Assembly: GCA_043757615.1 (NCBI GenBank)
Contig: JAYVPA010000138.1
Coordinates: forward strand, 1-57,225
Reading direction: 5' to 3'
From: Sphingobacteriales bacterium
GTDB lineage: Bacteria; Bacteroidota; Bacteroidia; Chitinophagales; JADIYW01
DNA: 57,225 nt
Part shown: in pieces, positions 1-8,630 of the stretch
Position numbering within the stretch: position 1 is the first letter of the stretch
How the letters are laid out: each line of letters starts with the position of its first letter
The notes under the pieces: generated by a model
Databases searched by the model: none
Told to the model about the DNA's origin: nothing
What the model saw: only the letters and a program-made list of their open reading frames with translations
Position numbers and translations under genes: made by a program

Positions 1-564
1 TGCAGATGGATTGTATACGATTTCCGCACCGTTTAAACCCAAACATCTTGCACCATCCGGGAAGTGACGGTCGTAACAAATGTACACGCCGATTTTTGCA
101 TACTTAGTTTGGAAGACAGGGTAGCCTAAATTGCCCGGTTTGAAGAAAAACTTTTCCCAGAAACCACTAGTGTGCGGAATATGGTTTTTTCTGTATTTAC
201 CTAAATAAGTTCCGTCTGCATCAATCACTGCGGCAGTATTATATAATACACCGGACTGTTCTTTTTCATACACGGGAACGATAATAACCATGTTGTATTT
301 TTTTGCATATTCTGCCATGCGGTCAGTTGTAGGACCGGGAACAGTTTCTGCAGACTCATACCATTTTCTATCTTGTCCCGGACAAAAATAAGGGGTGTTA
401 AAAATTTCCTGTAAGCATAAAATCTGTACGCCTTTTTTTCCGGCTTCTTCTATGTATGGAATATGTTTTTGAATCATCGCTTCTACAATTTCTGCAATGG
501 TTCCTTCGCCTTCCGTTTTAGGCAAACTCATTTGAATCAATCCTGATTTTACAATTCTTGGCAT
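1..564 (-). CDS. beta-ureidopropionase / N-carbamoyl-beta-alanine amidohydrolase (nitrilase-superfamily CN hydrolase); C-terminus cut by window edge
   Basis: Absent from the ORF track because it is open at the edge. My minus-strand translation from the ATG at 562-564 reads MPRIVKSGLIQMSLPKTEGEGTIAEIVEAMIQKHIPYIEEAGKKGVQILCLQEIFNTPYFCPGQDRKW...PVFQTKYAKIGVYICYDRHFPDGARCLGLNGAEIVYNPSA. It is open for all 188 codons. LCLQE and ICYDRHFP match the Glu and Cys motifs of beta-ureidopropionases. It lies next to dihydropyrimidinase. Confidence 0.8.
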   Translation of the reverse strand, partial: MPRIVKSGLIQMSLPKTEGEGTIAEIVEAMIQKHIPYIEEAGKKGVQILCLQEIFNTPYFCPGQDRKWYESAETVPGPTTDRMAEYAKKYNMVIIVPVYEKEQSGVLYNTAAVIDADGTYLGKYRKNHIPHTSGFWEKFFFKPGNLGYPVFQTKYAKIGVYICYDRHFPDGARCLGLNGAEIVYNPSA

Positions 565-638
565 GTTGTTTCTATTTTAATGTTGAATATTATTTTTTAT
601 TTTCACGCAAAGGCGCAAAGTTTTAAGACACAAAGTCA

Positions 639-2021
639 TTAAATTTTTCCTTGTACTTTATTCCGTTTTACAAATTGTCCGTAGCCTTTTTCTACCAGAC
701 ATTGATTATTATCTATCGCTACTATTCCTCTTAATAAAACTGTTTTTACTTTTCCTGTTACCTCCCATCCTTCATACGCAGAATAGTCTACATTCATATG
801 ATGTTTATCGACAGATAAGGTGTGTTTCTCATTCGGATCAAATAATAAAATGTCTGCATCACTACCCACTGCAATAGTTCCTTTTTTTGGAAACATACCA
901 AATATTTTTGCAGGATTTGTACAGGCTACTTCTACATATTTATTTAAAGTAATTTTTCCTTTGTTCACGCCTTCACTGAATAATAATTCCATTCTGTTTT
1001 CTATTGCAGGATGTCCGTTTGGTATTTTGGAGAAATCATCCTTCCCCATTAATTTTTGTTCCCATTTAAATGGACAATGGTCTGTTGCCACCACATTCAC
1101 CAATCCCTGGTTGATACCTGCCCATAATGTCTCCTGGTCTTTTTTCTCACGCAACGGCGGACTCATCACCCATTTTGCGCCTTCAAAATTTTTCTCATAT
1201 AAAGATGCATCCAGAATTAAATACTGAATACAGGTTTCCACAAATACTTTTTGATTTCTGCGCGTAGCATTGCGGACAGCATTTAATGCACCTTCACAAG
1301 TCATGTGCACAATATACCCGGGACAGCCTGTGTAATTTGACATGTCAGCAAAACGACCACTGGCTTCTGCTTCGGTTACTTCCGGTTGTGATAAATAATG
1401 ATATAACGGCTCTAATTTTCCTTCTGATTTATGTTTCGCAATCAAGAAATCAATCATATCACCGTTCGTCGCATGCACATTAATAAGACCGCCATGTTTT
1501 TTTACTTCCTGCATCAATCCTATCATCTGGCAATCGTCAATCATCAGAGCACCTTTATACGCCATAAATGTTTTAAAAGAAGAAATGCCCTCTTCTTCAA
1601 TCATTCCCTGAATTTCTTTTTTGGTGTCTTCATTGAAATCCGTAACCGCCATGTGAAAACTATAATCACCTACTGCATTGTTATCGCTTCTGCCTTTCCA
1701 TTCACTCAAAGCAGATTGCAAACTTTTGCCTTGTGTCTGCAATACAAAATCTATCACCATGGTCGTGCCGCCAAATAATGCAGCGCGTGTGCCTGTTTCA
1801 TAATTATCACTTGAATAGGTTCCCATAAACGGCATGTCCAAATGAACGTGCGGGTCAATACCGCCCGGCATTACCAATAAACCTTTTGCATCAATTACAG
1901 TATCTGCTTGCTGCGACAGATTTTTACCAATAGCAATTACTTTCTCCCCTTCAATATAAATATCTGCGACATAGTCATCCGTTGCAGTAATTACTCTTCC
2001 GTTTTTTATTAAAGTTGACAT
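639..2021 (-). CDS. dihydropyrimidinase / D-hydantoinase (cyclic amidohydrolase)
   Basis: 460 aa. Has the DPHVHLDMP metal-binding HxH motif and FKTFMAYK (carbamylated-Lys region). N-terminus MSTLIKNGRVITA and length are typical of dihydropyrimidinases. Confidence 0.85.
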   Translation of the reverse strand: MSTLIKNGRVITATDDYVADIYIEGEKVIAIGKNLSQQADTVIDAKGLLVMPGGIDPHVHLDMPFMGTYSSDNYETGTRAALFGGTTMVIDFVLQTQGKSLQSALSEWKGRSDNNAVGDYSFHMAVTDFNEDTKKEIQGMIEEEGISSFKTFMAYKGALMIDDCQMIGLMQEVKKHGGLINVHATNGDMIDFLIAKHKSEGKLEPLYHYLSQPEVTEAEASGRFADMSNYTGCPGYIVHMTCEGALNAVRNATRRNQKVFVETCIQYLILDASLYEKNFEGAKWVMSPPLREKKDQETLWAGINQGLVNVVATDHCPFKWEQKLMGKDDFSKIPNGHPAIENRMELLFSEGVNKGKITLNKYVEVACTNPAKIFGMFPKKGTIAVGSDADILLFDPNEKHTLSVDKHHMNVDYSAYEGWEVTGKVKTVLLRGIVAIDNNQCLVEKGYGQFVKRNKVQGKI

Positions 2022-2057
2022 TTCAATTTTATTTAAATTAACTCATAATTTTATTTT

Positions 2058-2215
2058 TTAAACCACATAGGCACATAGGATTTAAGTCAAATCGTTTGGT
2101 ACAATTCTATTTGTTTGCCATAGTCACACAATAGCATCTTGTCTTTGACAAGATTACTCTGTGTTTCTCTAATTATCTTTCTATTGCTCATAACACTATG
2201 TGTCTATGTGTTTAA
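2058..2215. repeat. intergenic element copy 1 with 20-bp terminal inverted repeats (TTAAACCACATAGGCACATAG ... CTATGTGTCTATGTGTTTAA)
   Basis: Both arms read directly. Central hairpin atcttgtc-tttg-acaagat at 2136-2154. Fills the spacer between the cytosine deaminase stop and the dihydropyrimidinase start. Confidence 0.85.
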
Positions 2216-2225
2216 ATTAATTATT

Positions 2226-2663
2226 TTAAAGTTCACCAATATCTTCATTCCATAATGCTGGATTCTTTTCTATAAAATCTTGCATGATGTGAATGCATTC
2301 TTCATTATTCAAATCTATAACCTCTACTCCATGTGACTGCATAAATTCTTTAGCGCCGGGAAAGGTTTTTGATTCTCCGACAATCACTTTTTTTATTCCG
2401 AACTGTACTACTGCACCCGCGCATAAGTAACATGGCATCAATGTAGAATATAACACAGCATCCTTATAGCTTCCTACACGACCGGCATTACGCAGACAAT
2501 CAATCTCCGCGTGTGTAATCGGATCGCCATCCTGCACACGTTTGTTATGACCACGTCCAACTATTTTTCCGTCTTTTACCAGTACGCTGCCGATTGGAAT
2601 TCCTTTCTCGCTCAAGCCTGCTTTCGCTTCGTTAATCGCAGCTATCATAAATTCATCTGTCAT
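2226..2663 (-). CDS. cytosine deaminase, FCY1-type (CMP/dCMP-type zinc deaminase fold)
   Basis: 145 aa with HAE...PCYLCAGA zinc motifs. The C-terminal stretch ...IMQDFIEKNPALWNEDIGEL closely resembles the yeast Fcy1 tail (KQFIDERPQDWFEDIGE). Its start overlaps the permease stop by 1 nt (TAATG). Confidence 0.75.
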   Translation of the reverse strand: MTDEFMIAAINEAKAGLSEKGIPIGSVLVKDGKIVGRGHNKRVQDGDPITHAEIDCLRNAGRVGSYKDAVLYSTLMPCYLCAGAVVQFGIKKVIVGESKTFPGAKEFMQSHGVEVIDLNNEECIHIMQDFIEKNPALWNEDIGEL

Positions 2664-4117
2664 TATTTTTTGTTTTTATTTAAGATGTAATAAATGCTTC
2701 CTGAAAGTATAAACCCAACAAACCACGCAAAATTGTACAAGCCTAAAATCCATTTCGGAATTGCAGTTGCATCAATCACTTTTATTGTAGCTAAAAAACC
2801 GGGAACATTGGGTGCAATACCCACTAACAATGCAATAATTGCTGCATAATTAATTCCATTGGAAAAGCTATATATACCTGTTGGATTGTATAATTCTGTT
2901 GTGTTTAATTCTTTGCTGCGGATGAAATAATAATCGACAATCATGATGCCGCCGACAGGGCCTAATAAACTTGAATATCCTACCAGCCATGTAAAAATAT
3001 ATCCGCTCGGGTCTGCAATTAATTTCCATGGGAAAATTAAAACGCCAATTACGCCGGTGATATAACCTCCAGCCCTGAAATTAATTTTTGAGGGCGCGAG
3101 ATTTGCAAAATCATTTGCCGGACTTACAATATTTGCTGCAATGTTAGTGGCTAATGTTGAAATAGCAACAGCAATCATCGCTGCGCTTACCAATAGTTTA
3201 CTTTCAAATTTTCCTGCTAATACTAATGGATCCCAGATAGTTGTTCCGTAAATAATTGTTGTAGCAGATGTAACCACTACACCGATAAAAGAAAATAAAG
3301 TCATGGAAGATGGCAGTGCAATTGCTTGTCCGACTACTTGTGCTTTCTGACTTTTTGCATAGCGCGTAAAGTCAGGAATATTTAAAGAAAGTGTTGCCCA
3401 AAAACCTACCATGCCTGTTAATGCAGGAAAAAAGAATTTAAAAAAATCTGCTGTTGTTGAAAATTTGGAAGATTGATGCAAGATTGGTCCTAAACCATGT
3501 CCTGCGCTGATTGCCCAGAATAATAAGGCTAATGCAGCTGCCGGCAAGAAGAATGCTTTAAAAATTAATAATTTTTTTATGCTTTCTACACCCAAATAAA
3601 CCACAAACATATTCAACAACCAAAAAGCAAAAAAGCAAATTGCTGGTCCTGTTTGTAAATCAAATGATGGTGGAAAAATTTGCGGTAATGTTTCTAAAGA
3701 TGGAATCCACAAACGCAGCATTTGATAAATTGCAAAACCTCCAATCCATGTTTGTATGCCGAACCAACCGCAGGCAACTATCGCGCGCAACATAGCAGGA
3801 ATATTTGCGCCTTTTGTACCAAAACTTGCTCTTGCAAAAACAGGAAAAGGGATACCGTATTTAGCGCCGGCATGACCATTCAATATCATTGGAATTAATA
3901 CGACTAAGTTTCCTAAAAAGATAGTCAGGATTCCCTGCCACCAATTCATGCCGCCTTCTATTAAAGAACTTGCGAGCATGTAGGTCGGTATGCACAAACT
4001 CATGCTTATCCATAAAGCGGCGTAGTTCCAGGTGTTCCATGTTCTTTTACTTTCCGGAATGGGCGCTAAGTCTTCGCTATAGAGAGACGATGTTGTTATG
4101 TTTTGATTCTCTGTCAT
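2663..4117 (-). CDS. NCS1 family nucleobase:cation symporter (cytosine/uracil/allantoin permease type)
   Basis: 484 aa, polytopic. N-terminal motif DLAPIPESKRTWNTWNYAALWISMS and GAKYGIPFPVFARASFG are typical of NCS1 permeases. Confidence 0.8.
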   Translation of the reverse strand: MTENQNITTSSLYSEDLAPIPESKRTWNTWNYAALWISMSLCIPTYMLASSLIEGGMNWWQGILTIFLGNLVVLIPMILNGHAGAKYGIPFPVFARASFGTKGANIPAMLRAIVACGWFGIQTWIGGFAIYQMLRLWIPSLETLPQIFPPSFDLQTGPAICFFAFWLLNMFVVYLGVESIKKLLIFKAFFLPAAALALLFWAISAGHGLGPILHQSSKFSTTADFFKFFFPALTGMVGFWATLSLNIPDFTRYAKSQKAQVVGQAIALPSSMTLFSFIGVVVTSATTIIYGTTIWDPLVLAGKFESKLLVSAAMIAVAISTLATNIAANIVSPANDFANLAPSKINFRAGGYITGVIGVLIFPWKLIADPSGYIFTWLVGYSSLLGPVGGIMIVDYYFIRSKELNTTELYNPTGIYSFSNGINYAAIIALLVGIAPNVPGFLATIKVIDATAIPKWILGLYNFAWFVGFILSGSIYYILNKNKK

Positions 4118-4175
4118 TTATTTTTTTTAGCAAATTAATTGTTGTGATATTATATTGATACAGTGACTATGTTTA

Positions 4176-4667
4176 TTAATTATTATTTTTCAATACCAAG
4201 TATACATATCCATATAAACCATCTTCATTCCCATTTTTCATTCTTTTCATAATTTTTTGTCCAGGAAAAACTATTCCGTCTCCAATCTCAACGGCAATAT
4301 TTAATTCACCAGCCTTGTCATTGTCATCTGTTTTCCATTTACTATTTGTAGAATTCTTTATAATAACTTCACCAATGTATGAACTCATAGCAAAAAGTTT
4401 ATAACCAAGCTTATCAGATAATTTCGAATTTTCTTTTGGACTTCCATCTGAAGAATTTTCTTCGATAAATTGATCTATAAATTTTACGCTTTCTATTGAA
4501 TAGTCCAAATCTATATTATTCTCTTTTTTGAAATAATCTATTATCCATCTGCTTGCAATCGGGATGTCTGTTGCTAATTTCGAACCAAATTTATTTCTTA
4601 GTAATTTATTCAATAAAAAAAGCAACATAAATATTACTACACTAGTTACTATTTTTAAAGTATTCAT
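4176..4667 (-). CDS. hypothetical membrane-anchored protein (orphan, AT-rich)
   Basis: 163-aa ORF with an N-terminal hydrophobic helix (IVTSVVIFMLLFLLN). I recognise no family. Composition is visibly AT-richer than both neighbours. Confidence 0.5.
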   Translation of the reverse strand: MNTLKIVTSVVIFMLLFLLNKLLRNKFGSKLATDIPIASRWIIDYFKKENNIDLDYSIESVKFIDQFIEENSSDGSPKENSKLSDKLGYKLFAMSSYIGEVIIKNSTNSKWKTDDNDKAGELNIAVEIGDGIVFPGQKIMKRMKNGNEDGLYGYVYLVLKNNN

Positions 4668-4688
4668 GTCTTTTTGCTTTTTATGCTC

Positions 4689-6044
4689 TTATACTAAATT
4701 CTCATCTGCAATCTTCAGTGCTTCGCTGATGATTGCCAAGCCTTCATCAATTTCTTCTTTGTTTATTGTTAGAGGTGGTGCGATGAAAATGTAACCCCAT
4801 CTTACAAACGTATACATTCCCAAAGCTCTGATTTTTGCCGCAATCTGGTTGGTGATTTTTAATTCATCACCGCTTGCATTATACGGTGCCATTAATTCAC
4901 CCGTACTTTTATTCTTTAGTACATCTAAACAACCCAGCAATCCTGTATTTCTGAAAGCACCCATGCTCGGATGTTTTGCTCGCATTGCGTCAATTCTTTC
5001 TTCCATATAAGCGCCCATTTCGCGGGCGTTTTCAATCAGGTTATCACTTTCATAAATATTGATAACTGCTAATGCCGCCGCCAATGAAACAGGATGTCCG
5101 TTGTAGGTCAAGCCAATCATCATCGGTGTGTTTTCAAATTTTGCAGCAATCTTATCTGACACCATCAAACAACCTAAAGGCAAATATGAAGAAGTTAATC
5201 CTTTCGCCATGCAAATCATATCCGGAACAATGTCGTGATTTTGAAAACCAAACCATTTGCCCGTTCTGCCAAATCCGCTCATCACTTCATCTGCAATAAA
5301 AAGAATTTCATATTTTTCACAAAGCGATTTTATACCTTTTAAATACCCTTTTGGATAATGCAAACAACCCGAGGAACCGCTTTCGCCTTCCATAATAAAA
5401 GCAGCAATATTTGCCTTTCCTTCAAAATGAATTGTTCTTTCTACATATTCTAAACTTAATTGCAACTTAGTCGCCTCATCCAGATCTTTCATTCCAAAGA
5501 AATAATATGGGTCATCCAACAAAACTGTATTTGGCATTTGTTGTGCATCATTCGCTATTTTTCTCGGGTCGCCGCCAACTGACATACCGCCGATAGAACC
5601 GCCATGGAAGGCTCTGTAGCGACCAACAATTTTATGTCTACCTGTATACAGTCTTGCTAATTTTATTGCATTGTCTACAGAGGACGTTCCGCATAAAGTA
5701 TAGAATGCTTTGTTCAAATCACCGGGACATATCTCCGCTAATTTCTTGGATAATTTTGCTCGGATTTCTGTTGTACAAGTTGGTGCTACGAAACTTACTT
5801 TCTGCATTTGTGCTACAACTGCAGCCGTTACACGCTGGTCGCCATGACCAATATTTACTGATATTAAGCCAGAAGAAAAGTCGATTACTTTATTACCGTC
5901 ACAATCATATAAATAAACTCCTTCTGCTCTTTCTACTGCCAATGGATTTACACTTCCCTGTGCCGACCAGGAGAATAAACTGAATTCTTTGCTGTCACTT
6001 ACTATTTGTTCTTTTGTCATTGTATCTATTTCTAAATTTGGCAT
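4689..6044 (-). CDS. class III (omega) aminotransferase, probable beta-alanine:pyruvate/2-oxoglutarate transaminase
   Basis: FIADEVMSGFGRTGKWF and MAKGLTSSYLPLG (PLP-Lys region) are class III motifs. The track ORF runs to 6092 but that extension enters the repeat element. Likely start is the ATG at 6044 (MPNLEID..) or 6020 (MTKEQ..). Confidence 0.8.
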   Translation of the reverse strand: MPNLEIDTMTKEQIVSDSKEFSLFSWSAQGSVNPLAVERAEGVYLYDCDGNKVIDFSSGLISVNIGHGDQRVTAAVVAQMQKVSFVAPTCTTEIRAKLSKKLAEICPGDLNKAFYTLCGTSSVDNAIKLARLYTGRHKIVGRYRAFHGGSIGGMSVGGDPRKIANDAQQMPNTVLLDDPYYFFGMKDLDEATKLQLSLEYVERTIHFEGKANIAAFIMEGESGSSGCLHYPKGYLKGIKSLCEKYEILFIADEVMSGFGRTGKWFGFQNHDIVPDMICMAKGLTSSYLPLGCLMVSDKIAAKFENTPMMIGLTYNGHPVSLAAALAVINIYESDNLIENAREMGAYMEERIDAMRAKHPSMGAFRNTGLLGCLDVLKNKSTGELMAPYNASGDELKITNQIAAKIRALGMYTFVRWGYIFIAPPLTINKEEIDEGLAIISEALKIADENLV

Positions 6045-6084
6045 CTTATTTTTTCTAATTATTACAATATATGGTATAACTTTT

Positions 6085-6242
6085 TTAACCACATAGAAAC
6101 ATAGTAAAACTATCTTCTTTTAAAGAATTTCATAGGAATTTAAAAATTCTCACATATCAGATAATGATTTTAAGCTATGTAAAAATTTATTTTCTTATGT
6201 TCTCCTTTTTATTCACAAAAAACTATGTCTCTATGTGGTTAA
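6085..6242. repeat. intergenic element copy 2 (TTAACCACATAGAAACATAG ... CTATGTCTCTATGTGGTTAA)
   Basis: Arms are complementary at 19 of 20 positions. 158 bp, the same length as copy 1. Inner hairpin agaattt...aaattct at 6124-6150. Lies between the mmsA stop and the aminotransferase start. Confidence 0.9.
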
Positions 6243-6248
6243 AATTAA

Positions 6249-7706
6249 TTAACTCATCCAGTTCACGCCTGCTTCCGGATTCCATTTCGTGGTGCTTTTT
6301 TTCAATTTCGTCCAAAATTCTATAGAACTTTTACCTGTGATATCACCCACGCCAAATTTACTTTCATTCCATCCGCCAAAAGAAAAAGGTTCGCGAGGTA
6401 CGGGCACGCCTACATTCACGCCAATCATACCTGCACTTGCATGATCAATGATATATCTCGCCATGCTGCCATTTTGTGTAAATACACTCGCAGCATTTCC
6501 ATAAGGATTTGCATTTTCTATCGCTAATGCTTCATCTACAGTATTCGTACGCATAATGCTGATAACCGGTCCGAAGATTTCTTCTCTCGCCACCGACATA
6601 TCCTGTGTTACAAAATCAATTACTGTTGGTCCTACGTAAGTCCCATTTTCTTTTCCGGCAACTTTTGTATTTCGGCCGTCTACTAAAATCTTGGCTCCGT
6701 TTTGTTCTGCTTCTGTAATATATTGTTCAATTCTTTGTTGTGATTCTTTATTAATCACTGCACCTAAGTTTTTTCCGGGCACGATTTTTTTTGCTTCCTC
6801 ACAAATTTTATCTATGATGTTATCTACATTTCCTACTGCAATCATGGCACTTGCCGCCATGCAACGTTGTCCCGCACAACCACTCATAGACGCTGCCACG
6901 TTTTGAGCCGTCATTTCAGGCTTTGCATCCGGCAATACTAGTAAATGATTTTTTGCACCACCTAAGGCGAGGCACCTTTTAAAATTATGAGTCGCACGCT
7001 GATATACAATTTTAGCAATTTTAGTAGAGCCTACAAATGACACCGCTTCAATATCCGGATGGTCGCAGATTGCATTTACGATTTCTACATCACCATGAAC
7101 TACATTAAATACGCCGTCAGGCAAACCTGCTTCCTTTAATAATTCTGCCAATCGTCCGCAGCTCAATGGTACTTTTTCAGATGGTTTGATAATCATGCAA
7201 TTTCCTAAAGCAATAGCATTTGGAATGGTCCAGTTAGGAACCATGGATGGAAAATTGAACGGAACAATAGATGCCACAACACCTAGCGCCACATGTTCGG
7301 TACGGCATTCCACTCCTTTACTTACTTCTAAAATTTCTCCTGTAACTAATTGCGGTAATGAAGTAGCAAATTCCGTAAGCTCAATACATTTTTCTATTTC
7401 GGCAACTGATTCACCGTAGGTTTTGCCATTTTCTTCGCTGCACAATTCAGCTAATTCTTTCAAATATTTTTCGAGTAAATGTTTATATCTGAAGAAAACC
7501 TGTACTCTTTCTTTAATTGGTGTTTTGCTCCAGGCAGGAAATGCCGCTTTTGCTGCTTTTACTGCATCATCTAAATCTTTAGAAGTTGACATGGGAACTG
7601 TCGATAAAAAATTTCCATCCAACGGAGAAATCACCTCCATTTTTCTATCTGTTCCCGCAGGCACAAACTGTCCATTGATGTAATTGTGGATCGCTGAATA
7701 CTTCAT
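6249..7706 (-). CDS. mmsA: CoA-acylating methylmalonate/malonate-semialdehyde dehydrogenase
   Basis: ALDH superfamily with FVGSTKIAK, catalytic Cys in CAGQRCMA and EEIFGPV. Likely start is MKYSAIHNYINGQFV at 7706 (track ORF extends to 7751). Confidence 0.85.
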   Translation of the reverse strand: MKYSAIHNYINGQFVPAGTDRKMEVISPLDGNFLSTVPMSTSKDLDDAVKAAKAAFPAWSKTPIKERVQVFFRYKHLLEKYLKELAELCSEENGKTYGESVAEIEKCIELTEFATSLPQLVTGEILEVSKGVECRTEHVALGVVASIVPFNFPSMVPNWTIPNAIALGNCMIIKPSEKVPLSCGRLAELLKEAGLPDGVFNVVHGDVEIVNAICDHPDIEAVSFVGSTKIAKIVYQRATHNFKRCLALGGAKNHLLVLPDAKPEMTAQNVAASMSGCAGQRCMAASAMIAVGNVDNIIDKICEEAKKIVPGKNLGAVINKESQQRIEQYITEAEQNGAKILVDGRNTKVAGKENGTYVGPTVIDFVTQDMSVAREEIFGPVISIMRTNTVDEALAIENANPYGNAASVFTQNGSMARYIIDHASAGMIGVNVGVPVPREPFSFGGWNESKFGVGDITGKSSIEFWTKLKKSTTKWNPEAGVNWMS

Positions 7707-8003
7707 GTTTGTTTTTATTTTTTTGTTACGACATAAAAAATCGCACAACAATTCGTGTGATTATTATGCAAAAGGTTCATTCTCATTCTACTTTCCCTAG
7801 AAGTGAGCCAACTAATATATGAAAAAGTTTTTTAAATAGAAGCGTTTTTAGGAAATTTTCACTTGTTGTAAAATCTAAGAAAGAACCAATCTAAATTAAT
7901 AAAACAGATTTGGTTGATTATTTTTCTGAGATGCTTTTCATCCCAAAAAGTTCGTCCGCCATATTATTTATATTCAAATTGTTAAAAGACGGAATTCAGA
8001 CAT

Positions 8004-8034
8004 AAAAAAACTGCTTAGAAAATTCTAAGCAGTT
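8004..8034 (-). terminator. rho-independent terminator downstream of the DUF3127-like gene
   Basis: Stem ctgcttag/ctaagcag with a 6-nt loop. It is followed on the minus strand by a 7-T run (plus-strand aaaaaaa at 8004-8010). Confidence 0.6.
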
Positions 8035-8061
8035 TACATTCATTTGGTTTATATAAAAATC

Positions 8062-8445
8062 TTAAAATGGTAAATCATCATCGATCTGATCAGCAGGAAC
8101 ATCTGCTGTTGTATAAGCAGGTGCTGCATTTTGAACCGGAGTTGCTTTAGCTGCATTATTGTTTGAAGATGTATTATTATTGTTATTATTAATTCTCCAT
8201 GCTTTTACATCTGTGTACCACTTTCCATTATACTCACGGCTTTCTACCTCAAATTCTACGGAAATATCTCTGCCTTCTGCAAATGAATCGCTATTCACTA
8301 AATCACCCCAAAATACAACTGCTACTTTCTTAGGATATTTTCCATTATCAATTTCAAGAACTACCTGTTGTTTTTTCCAAACGCCGTTTTTCCCTTCTCC
8401 TGATTCTACAGGATTTACTTTGTACACTTTTCCGCTTAATTCCAT
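8062..8445 (-). CDS. DUF3127-like small protein with low-complexity Asn tract
   Basis: MELSGKVYKV...GVWKKQQVVLE...KYPKKVAVVFWGD matches my memory of the DUF3127 family. Contains an NNNNNNTSSNNN tract. Confidence 0.6.
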   Translation of the reverse strand: MELSGKVYKVNPVESGEGKNGVWKKQQVVLEIDNGKYPKKVAVVFWGDLVNSDSFAEGRDISVEFEVESREYNGKWYTDVKAWRINNNNNNTSSNNNAAKATPVQNAAPAYTTADVPADQIDDDLPF

Positions 8446-8630
8446 TGTAACTTATTTTTTACAAAAGTAAAAAATAGTAATGAGTAATAAGTAATGAATA
8501 ATGAGATTTTATTCACCATTTCCACAATAAAACTAACACATTGGTTCATTTATTAATTTATACATAAGCTATAGGTGGAATTCTAATGCATTGGTTAATG
8601 TTACTAATAAAAAAATACTATTTTTAACTT

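Noticed and set aside
820-1778. Plus-strand ORFs 820-1227, 1286-1483 and 1431-1778 inside the dihydropyrimidinase gene
   Set aside because: They are antisense shadow ORFs of a well-supported 460-aa enzyme gene, with low-complexity translations and no motifs. The same reasoning applies to the other antisense track ORFs: 3970-4158, 5072-5983, 6691-7683, 11075-13190, 13862-15409, 20317-21371, 22348-22831, 24860-29712, 43311-44450, 44672-45102, 46421-46708, 47432-47966, 48888-49357, 49701-50254 and 50789-51949.
8159-8470. Plus-strand ORF 8159-8470 and the (aat/att)n tract at about 8165-8200
   Set aside because: The ORF is antisense to the DUF3127-like gene. The tract simply encodes its poly-Asn low-complexity linker, so it is not an independent repeat element.
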